From: Desulfobacterales bacterium
Lineage (GTDB): Bacteria > Desulfobacterota > Desulfobacteria > Desulfobacterales > UBA5616
Direction of reading: 5' to 3'
Assembly (NCBI GenBank): GCA_046483495.1
Contig: JAWODC010000040.1
Span: 1-64,000 of the forward strand
Length of the DNA: 64,000 nucleotides
A program made the translations under genes and the position numbers. This document shows positions 57,355 through 64,000 of the stretch, in pieces. The notes under the pieces were generated by a model that was not told where the DNA came from, did no database searches, and saw nothing but the letters and a program-made list of their open reading frames with translations. How positions within the stretch are numbered: the stretch's first letter is position 1; the number at the start of each line of letters is the position of its first letter.

Positions 57355-58389
57355 CTATACATTGAACCGAAACGTGATAATATCCCCGTCTTTGATTTCG
57401 TATGTCTTGCCTTCGAGCCGCGTCATGCCTTGTTTTCTGGCTTCATGATATGAACCTGCGGTCATCAAATCCTCATAGGCGAGGACTTCCGCCCGAATAA
57501 AGCCCTTTTTCATGTCCGAGTGAATGGTGCCGGCGGCCTCCCGGGCCGGGGTGCCCGATTTGATGGTCCATGCCCGAACTTCGTCCTGTCCCACGGTAAA
57601 AAAGGAAATCATGCCAAGCAGTTCATAGGATTTGTGAATGGCGCGGTCCATTGCAGATTCGGTGATGTCGTATTCGGCCATAAATGCCTGCGCTTCTTTT
57701 GAAGACATCTGTGCCAGTTCGTGCTCCAATTTTCCGCGCACCACGATGAAATCCTTACCGTCGCCGAATCGTCGTGGATCGGGGGCGCCATCATCCTCAT
57801 CCGGGTTATTGAAAAGCACCAGCAGCGGTTTTGCCGAAACAAACGCAAACCCTTTTAACAAAGGGGCGTTCGCCGCTTCAGGATAATTGCGGATGGGCTC
57901 TTCGTTTTCAAGCCGCACCCGGCATTCGGTCAACAGGGCCTTTTCCTCGGGGTCGGGCTTTTTACCCCGTTTCTGATCCATTCCGAGACGTTCCAGCCGT
58001 TTTTCAACGGTGATTAAATCCGAGAGGATCATTTCCTGCTCGAGCTGTTTAAAATCTGCGCGTGGATCGGGTGGGGCACCGTCGAATCCGGTGAAATTCC
58101 GCAGCACGTGAATCAACGCGTGGCAGTCCCGTATCCGGTTGTACACCGGTTGATCGTTAACTGTATCGCCTTTTCGAGACGGGGCGGCTGGTAAAAAATA
58201 TTCCACCTGTGCATAAATCGTTTTTTGGGGCGTATATATTCTGCTCAGCCGATCGACGCGAACGTCGGGTACGCGGATCGTTCCGATCCGGTCTTCGGAT
58301 TTATTCTGAGCATCCTGGAAATTTCGAGTCAGTGCTTCGAAAATCGTGGATTTCCCGCATCCGGGAAGTCCGGTTATACCTAACTTCAT
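57355..58389 (-). CDS. YchF-like protein (divergent paralog, DUF933/TGS C-terminus)
   Basis: GLPGCGKST, FFTVG.DEVRAWT, AGTIHSD..KGFIRAEV, EGKTY..KDGD. Confidence 0.85.
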   Translation of the reverse strand: MKLGITGLPGCGKSTIFEALTRNFQDAQNKSEDRIGTIRVPDVRVDRLSRIYTPQKTIYAQVEYFLPAAPSRKGDTVNDQPVYNRIRDCHALIHVLRNFTGFDGAPPDPRADFKQLEQEMILSDLITVEKRLERLGMDQKRGKKPDPEEKALLTECRVRLENEEPIRNYPEAANAPLLKGFAFVSAKPLLVLFNNPDEDDGAPDPRRFGDGKDFIVVRGKLEHELAQMSSKEAQAFMAEYDITESAMDRAIHKSYELLGMISFFTVGQDEVRAWTIKSGTPAREAAGTIHSDMKKGFIRAEVLAYEDLMTAGSYHEARKQGMTRLEGKTYEIKDGDIITFRFNV

Positions 58390-58419
58390 ACGTGTATCCT
58401 GAACCGCTTAGTTAGTGCC

Positions 58420-59409
58420 CTAGTTATGGCTTGAAATATCACCCTGCCGAAGTGAACTCAACCGCTCCAAAACAGCTTCAGCTTCCTTGACAATGGATTG
58501 AATCGTCTCCGCCACGGTCGGGCAATTCGTGATTCGGCCGGCCGTCTGGCCCATGCCCATCATGCCTTCGGTGATATTCCCCTGCTGCCACCCTTTGCGC
58601 CCCACATCGCCGCTGATATACGGTGCGAGTTCTTCGATGCTTGCCCCCTTCAATTCCATATCGAGGATTTTTTCCGCCCAAGGGGTTTTCAGCACCCGGC
58701 TGGGGTTCATGTATGCCTTCATGACCAGCATGGTGTCAAATTCACGGGCATCCATGATCGCCTGCTTGGCATTTGGATGAATGGGGCACTCCAGTGTACT
58801 CATAAACCGGGTCCCCATGTTCACCGCATCAGCACCCAGGGCAAGCCCGGCCACCAGCGTTTTCCCGTCACAAAACCCGCCGCCGACGATCAGTGGGGCC
58901 GAGATGGATTCCGCCGTCAAAGGGGCCAGAATAAGGGAAGTGACCTCCTCCATGCTGGGGTGCCCTCCGCACTCGGTGCCTACGATGGATACCACATCCA
59001 CCCCCATCTTATCCACCTTTACGGCGTCTCTGAGGCGGGCGCATTTATGGATATGAATCAGTCCCGCCGACCGGATTCGGTCGCGATAGGGTTCGGGGCT
59101 TCTGCCTGCCGTTTCCAGAATCGTTACACCGGAATCGGTCACCCAGTCGAGGCGCTCCTCCACCGGCAGGTCCCGCATGGCGGGGAACAATCCGACATTG
59201 ACACCGAACGGTTGATCGGTCAAATCCCTGGTTTTCTTGATCTCATCCATAAATTCATCCCGGGTCTGAAAAAAGGCGGATGAGATACAACAGAATCCTC
59301 CTGCATTGGCAACGGCCGCCGTCAACTCCGCCAGGGTAATGCCGTGCATGGTGCCGCATTGGATAGGGTACTTGATGCCGAACATTTTCGTCAATTGGGT
59401 CTCGAGCAT
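58420..59409 (-). CDS. Nitronate monooxygenase / FabK-like flavoprotein
   Basis: PIQCGTM, AVANAGG, PFGVN, ECGGH, GGGFCDG, MGTRF. Confidence 0.88.
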   Translation of the reverse strand: MLETQLTKMFGIKYPIQCGTMHGITLAELTAAVANAGGFCCISSAFFQTRDEFMDEIKKTRDLTDQPFGVNVGLFPAMRDLPVEERLDWVTDSGVTILETAGRSPEPYRDRIRSAGLIHIHKCARLRDAVKVDKMGVDVVSIVGTECGGHPSMEEVTSLILAPLTAESISAPLIVGGGFCDGKTLVAGLALGADAVNMGTRFMSTLECPIHPNAKQAIMDAREFDTMLVMKAYMNPSRVLKTPWAEKILDMELKGASIEELAPYISGDVGRKGWQQGNITEGMMGMGQTAGRITNCPTVAETIQSIVKEAEAVLERLSSLRQGDISSHN

Positions 59410-59712
59410 AACCAGATCTCCTTTTTTGCGGGTTATTTTCGGCTCCGAAGCATGGCCTCACATTTCTGAGCCCGGTGCCGGGAAAAGCACTCGATCCGGG
59501 GGATAATGCATAACCGGAAAGAAGCATTCGCGCGGATTGAAGAACGATCCGTGTGAAGCGAGGGCTTGATCATAGCATTAATTTTTGTTACAGAAAAGTT
59601 TTGAAATCGACAATTCAGCGGCCGTCCTTCAGGATGGACGCCGCAGTCTGTTCCGCCGATTATCCCTTCATTGCAAACGCATTCATTAACGCTAACCAAA
59701 AGGAGAATTTTC

Positions 59713-60714
59713 ATGGCTGAAAAGGATATGTATCACCAATTGGCTGAAGTGATCGGTGCCGGCAATTCCAGGCTGATTCCGGCTATTATGAAAGAAATGG
59801 CCGATGAAAAGGAAATGAAGCTGGTATTGGCTGCTTCGCCGCCGGCAACCGTCGAAGAGCTTGCCGAAAAAACGGAAATTCCCAAAGATGAAGTGCAAAA
59901 ATTGCTGGACGGCCTTTTCACAAAAGGACTTATCTACAAGTCGAAAAAACCGGAGGGCACCAAATATTATCGCGTCCGGCACCTGATCCAGTTCCATGAT
60001 GCAACCATTTTGACACCGGGGTTATCCAAGGATGTTTTGGATATGTGGAAGGAGTTCGACCATGAGGAGTGGCCGATGTTTCTGGATCAATATGAAGAGC
60101 TGTTGCCCAAACCCGGATCACGGGTTATTCCGGTGAACGTCTCCGTCGAATCGGAATCGAAAATACTGGCTTTCGAGGACGTACGCTCCATTGTCGAGGA
60201 GGCAAATCGCCTGGCGGTGGTCAACTGTACATGCCGGCTCGTGGATGGGAAATGCGGCAAGCCCGTCGAGGTATGCATTCAGATCAATAAGGCCGCGGAT
60301 TATACCCTCGAGCGGGGGACCGGCCGGGAATTGTCGAAGCAGGAAGCGATTGACATGCTGAAAATGTGCGAGGAAGAGGGATTGGTTCACATTACGGATA
60401 ATCGTCGGTCAATCGGAAATCTGATCTGCAACTGCTGCGAGGACTGCTGCATCAACTGGCCGGGTTCCCGAAAGGCCAGCAAAAAATTCGTGGCTCCAAG
60501 CCGATTTGTCGCCTCCGTCGATGAAGATTTGTGCACGAGTTGCGAGGTTTGCCTGGATCGGTGCTACTTCGATGCCATAACGATGACCGGAGCTGGAGGA
60601 ACCGCCCAAATCGATGAGGAAAACTGCATGGGATGCGGTCTGTGCATCGTAACCTGCGATTCCGATGCGATGTCCTTGAAGGAGACGCGATCGGAAAGTT
60701 TTGTCGAAGAATAA
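59713..60714 (+). CDS. 4Fe-4S binding protein with N-terminal winged helix
   Basis: CTCR, ICNCCEDCC, two C-terminal CxxCxxCxxxC motifs. Confidence 0.85.
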   Translation: MAEKDMYHQLAEVIGAGNSRLIPAIMKEMADEKEMKLVLAASPPATVEELAEKTEIPKDEVQKLLDGLFTKGLIYKSKKPEGTKYYRVRHLIQFHDATILTPGLSKDVLDMWKEFDHEEWPMFLDQYEELLPKPGSRVIPVNVSVESESKILAFEDVRSIVEEANRLAVVNCTCRLVDGKCGKPVEVCIQINKAADYTLERGTGRELSKQEAIDMLKMCEEEGLVHITDNRRSIGNLICNCCEDCCINWPGSRKASKKFVAPSRFVASVDEDLCTSCEVCLDRCYFDAITMTGAGGTAQIDEENCMGCGLCIVTCDSDAMSLKETRSESFVEE

Positions 60715-60744
60715 GCCACGCGATCCCGAATTCCTATCTCTTTT

Positions 60745-60776
60745 GAAAAAAGCCGCCGTTTCGGGCGGCTTTTTTC
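60745..60776 (+). terminator. Rho-independent terminator (bidirectional form)
   Basis: GAAAAAAGCCGCC-GTTTCG-GGCGGCTTTTTTC. Confidence 0.8.
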
Positions 60777-60979
60777 AGTTTGCTCGAACAAATACGACCG
60801 GTTGAAGCCGAAAAACCGCCGATTGCATAATTTTTCAACTTCTTATAAGGTATAATGAAATCTTTAAATTCATGCCGGAGCATTTTGGACCTGCCGGAAA
60901 GAGAGCGAGGCGGGCAAGACGGGCGACACGGGTGCCACAAACCGCCAAGGCGTTTAACCGCTGATGCGAGGATGCAGGA

Positions 60980-61459
60980 ATGAAAACAGCAAATCAGCTG
61001 CAGGCCTCTGTGGGCAGGATGACCTACGGCATCTATGCCCTCACCGCCGCATATGAAGATGTCATCAATGCCATGATCGCCTCATGGGTCAGCCAGGTTT
61101 CCCATGATCCATACCTGATTATGGTCGGAATCCACCCAAACCGTTTTTCGCATCATCTCATCGAAAATAGCGGCCGGTTCGCACTTCATGTCATGGCCGA
61201 ACATCAGATCGATTTGATGCGTCAATTCAAATTAAGGGATCCCAACGCCAAATTTTCCGGTTTGGATTGGACGCCCGGGAAGACCGGCTGCCCCATTTTG
61301 GCGGACTGCATTTGCTTTATGGAATGCGAGGTAACACAGCGTCTTATGCCGGGGAATCACACCCTGTTTATTGGAAACGTGGTAAACGCGGGTGTGAATG
61401 CGGATAAAACGCCGTTGTCGACCCTGGACTACAGCGGGGTGTATGTCGGCGATACCTAG
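60980..61459 (+). CDS. Flavin reductase-like family protein
   Basis: YGIY, NAMIASWVSQVS.DP, GCPIL, GNHTLFIG. Confidence 0.88.
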   Translation: MKTANQLQASVGRMTYGIYALTAAYEDVINAMIASWVSQVSHDPYLIMVGIHPNRFSHHLIENSGRFALHVMAEHQIDLMRQFKLRDPNAKFSGLDWTPGKTGCPILADCICFMECEVTQRLMPGNHTLFIGNVVNAGVNADKTPLSTLDYSGVYVGDT

Positions 61460-61482
61460 CTCCGATGGAAAAGGAATGCGAC

Positions 61483-62658
61483 ATGACATTTGATTTTGAC
61501 CGGATAATTGATCGCAGAAATACGAATTCCGCCAAGTGGGATCTGGTCCCGGGCATGTGCAAAGATCCCGATGTTATTCCTATGTGGGTGGCGGATATGG
61601 ACTTCCCCACGGCCCCCGCGGTCATCGAAGCCTTGAAGCGGCAGTCGGAAAACGGTTTTTTCGGCTATACGCTTCGGCCGAAATCCTATTTGCAGGCGGT
61701 TGTCGACTGGGTGGACCGCCGCCACGGCTGGAAGATCGAACCGGAATGGCTCACCTACAGCCCCGGCGTGGTTACCGCACTGAACCTCTGCCTTATGACG
61801 TATACCCGGCCCGGCGACCGCGTCATCATTCAGCCGCCGGTGTATTATCCTTTTGCCCGGGCCATACGAAATAACGGCCGATACGTCGAAAATAATCCCC
61901 TCCTCTATGACGGAAACCGTTACACCATGGACCTGACGGATTTAAAGACACGGGCGCACCATCGCACCACCATGATGATCTTGTGCAGTCCTCATAATCC
62001 TGTCGGCCGGGTCTGGCACGAAGATGCTCTTGCCGCTGTCGCTGAATTCTGTGTTGAGAACGACATCCTGCTCGTTTCCGACGAAATACATTCCGACCTG
62101 GTCTTTCGTGAGCGGAAGCATATGCCCACAGCCTCGATTTCCGAAAAAATCGCCCAAAACACCATCACCTGCATCGCCCCCAGCAAGACATTCAACCTGG
62201 CAGGGCTGAAAACATCCGTTCTTGTCATTCCCGATCCAAAGCTCCGCCGGCAGTATCAGGACATGCTCGAAAATCTGGCCCTGGGTATGGACAACTCGTT
62301 CGGGGTCGTCGCCCTGGAAGCGGCGTATTCGCATGGCGAATCATGGCTGGAAGCGCTGCTGGACTATCTGGATGCGAACGCCGAGTGCGCCGTTTCGTTT
62401 ATCCGGCAAAACATTCCCGGTATTTCGGCGCAAAAGCCGGAGGGCACCTATCTCTTGTGGCTCGACTGCCGCGGACTCGGGCTCGACAGCAAAGCACTGG
62501 ATGATTTCATGCTCACCAAAGCCCGGCTTTGGCTCGATGACGGCCCCATGTTCGGTCCCGGAGGGGAGGGGTTTCAACGGATGAATATCGCATGCCCCCG
62601 AAAAACCCTGGAGCGGGCGCTCGAACGCCTGAACAAGGCGGTTGTCGAGAACACCTGA
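61483..62658 (+). CDS. MalY/PatB family PLP enzyme (cystathionine beta-lyase-like)
   Basis: PMWVADMDF, CSPHNPVGR, SDEIH, PSKTFN. Confidence 0.92.
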   Translation: MTFDFDRIIDRRNTNSAKWDLVPGMCKDPDVIPMWVADMDFPTAPAVIEALKRQSENGFFGYTLRPKSYLQAVVDWVDRRHGWKIEPEWLTYSPGVVTALNLCLMTYTRPGDRVIIQPPVYYPFARAIRNNGRYVENNPLLYDGNRYTMDLTDLKTRAHHRTTMMILCSPHNPVGRVWHEDALAAVAEFCVENDILLVSDEIHSDLVFRERKHMPTASISEKIAQNTITCIAPSKTFNLAGLKTSVLVIPDPKLRRQYQDMLENLALGMDNSFGVVALEAAYSHGESWLEALLDYLDANAECAVSFIRQNIPGISAQKPEGTYLLWLDCRGLGLDSKALDDFMLTKARLWLDDGPMFGPGGEGFQRMNIACPRKTLERALERLNKAVVENT

Positions 62659-62823
62659 TTTAAAATTTCGGAAGAGGTATGTCGACATCTTCTATTTCGG
62701 CCGGTCGCCATTGGGGGTGATCATCTTTGTGTCCGTTATCACGGGGGCTCGGTTTTCCATTCGTTTATTCCATTGTCCATTGTGCCTGACGGCAAGGGCT
62801 TTGTTTTTTCGTCGGCACCGGAA

Positions 62824-64000
62824 TTATCCGGGGACGGCTTGAACATGAGATACCGTCAGTGTGCAGACCCCGAAATCCTCCGCCACGGTTCCGGAGAGAA
62901 TGAAGGGACGTGTTTTATCCAGCAAAGCGCAGAAGCGGCGGTAAGCTTTGGGGAAAAAGACGGTTTCCATCAGTCCGGTCTCATCTTCGAAGGTCAAAAA
63001 CTCCATGGGATCACCGTGCTTCGTGTGAACGACCTTCCCGGTGATCAGCAGTCCGGCCATGCGCACCCGTTTTCCCGCGAAGCGATGCATGTCGGCGGCC
63101 TTGACGATGTTTTTGCCCGAGAGCCGGTCGGCATAAAGGTCCATGGGATGGCGGGTGCATAAAAAACCCAGGGCGGAAAATTCATTTCGCAGGCGCTGGA
63201 CCGGGTCTTCGGGTGGAAAGGACGGTGTCGGTACATCGGCAACGGGCGCAAACAGGTTTCGCGCTGCACACCGGCCGCTTTGCCGCTTTCGAAAGGCTGC
63301 GAATTGCCACAGCAGTTCGGCCCGCGACAACCCCGGATGGAGGCTGTCCAATGCACCGGACCGGATCAGCGATTCGGCCTCTGCTTCATCCGGCCGAATT
63401 CGGTTAAAGGCGTCTTCGGCGCTGTCGAAGCGGCCGTTTTGACGCTTCTTTACGATACGGCTCCGGGTATCCGCAGTCAGGTGCCGGATGGACAACAGGC
63501 CCGTTCGCATGAGACGTCGGCGTCCCTTCCAGCGGATATCGCTCCGGTTGAGGTCCGGCGGTAAAATCGTAACTCCCAGGCGCCTGGCTTCGGATACATA
63601 GGCAAACGCGCTGTAGAATCCGCCCTGGTTGCTGATGACGGCCGCCATGAATTCAGCCGGGAAATGGGCTTTCAGATAGGCGGCCTGGAACGACACACGG
63701 GCATAGCTGGCGCTGTGGGGTTTGCAGAAGGAATACCCTGAAAAGCTCATCATCATGTCCCACACCGCCGTGATCTGTTTCGATGAAAGGCCGTTTGCCC
63801 GCGCACCGTCGATAAATTGGTCCCGGTAATCCAATAATTGGCGCTTTTTGTCCTTTTTCGACATGACTTTTCGAAGGCCGTCGGCATCGGCATGCGAAAA
63901 TCCGGCCAGGGCCACAGCGGTTTTGGAGACGTCTTCCTGGTATACCATGATGCCGTAAGTTTCTTCGAGCACCTCTGCCAGCAGGGGGTGGATGGGCTCC
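62824..64000 (-). CDS. dnaE: DNA polymerase III alpha subunit (DnaE family), C-terminal part; gene continues beyond the window
   Basis: LEETYGIMVYQED, GYSFCKPHSASYA, YLKAH.PAEF, C-terminal OB fold MEFLTFEDETG. Confidence 0.88.
   Translation of the reverse strand, partial: EPIHPLLAEVLEETYGIMVYQEDVSKTAVALAGFSHADADGLRKVMSKKDKKRQLLDYRDQFIDGARANGLSSKQITAVWDMMMSFSGYSFCKPHSASYARVSFQAAYLKAHFPAEFMAAVISNQGGFYSAFAYVSEARRLGVTILPPDLNRSDIRWKGRRRLMRTGLLSIRHLTADTRSRIVKKRQNGRFDSAEDAFNRIRPDEAEAESLIRSGALDSLHPGLSRAELLWQFAAFRKRQSGRCAARNLFAPVADVPTPSFPPEDPVQRLRNEFSALGFLCTRHPMDLYADRLSGKNIVKAADMHRFAGKRVRMAGLLITGKVVHTKHGDPMEFLTFEDETGLMETVFFPKAYRRFCALLDKTRPFILSGTVAEDFGVCTLTVSHVQAVPG

Noticed and set aside
60860..60979. 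Possible SAM or SAH riboswitch before the flavin reductase and patB-like genes
   Set aside because: Context fits and GGTGCC is present, but the SAM-I or SAH core motifs could not be matched; needs an Rfam scan
1..64000. Numerous listed ORFs antisense to or nested in the called genes (e.g. 28683-29879, 54999-55898, 55555-56532, 19104-19934)
   Set aside because: No recognisable motifs; explained as shadow frames of GC-rich coding sequence
1..64000. CRISPR array, tRNA, rRNA, intact transposase or integrase
   Set aside because: No regularly spaced repeats, cloverleaf or rRNA signatures, or transposase/integrase motifs seen by eye

Overview
Bacterial chromosomal segment. The gene set (hcp, a selenocysteine formate dehydrogenase, CCG/Fe-S oxidoreductases, the ffh-rpsP-khpA-rimM-trmD-SPOUT-rplS-rnhB cluster, ydbH-ynbE-ydbL) points to an anaerobic Desulfobacterota, probably Desulfobacterales-like; this is inference from gene content. 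The first ~27 kb is an accessory mosaic: metabolic singletons, a YefM-YoeB toxin-antitoxin pair, a DUF1538/PII-like/CBS cluster and at least five gene remnants. The remainder is mostly core genome. I saw no rRNA, tRNA, CRISPR array or intact transposase. Four observations stand out. (1) A dispersed family of hairpin elements (four of ~120-150 bp, one internally deleted, plus a lone end) whose stems differ in sequence but keep base-pairing, while two internal-loop motifs stay fixed; two copies bracket a lysE gene and some supply stop codons. (2) A peptidase-S51/cyanophycinase-like hydrolase fused to the C-terminal anticodon-binding domain of cysteinyl-tRNA synthetase. (3) An uncharacterised DUF1538 x2 + PII-like + CBS putative transport system. 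(4) An acetylene-hydratase-like Mo/W enzyme with Ser at the usual Cys ligand position. All family assignments are by eye from motifs, with no database search.
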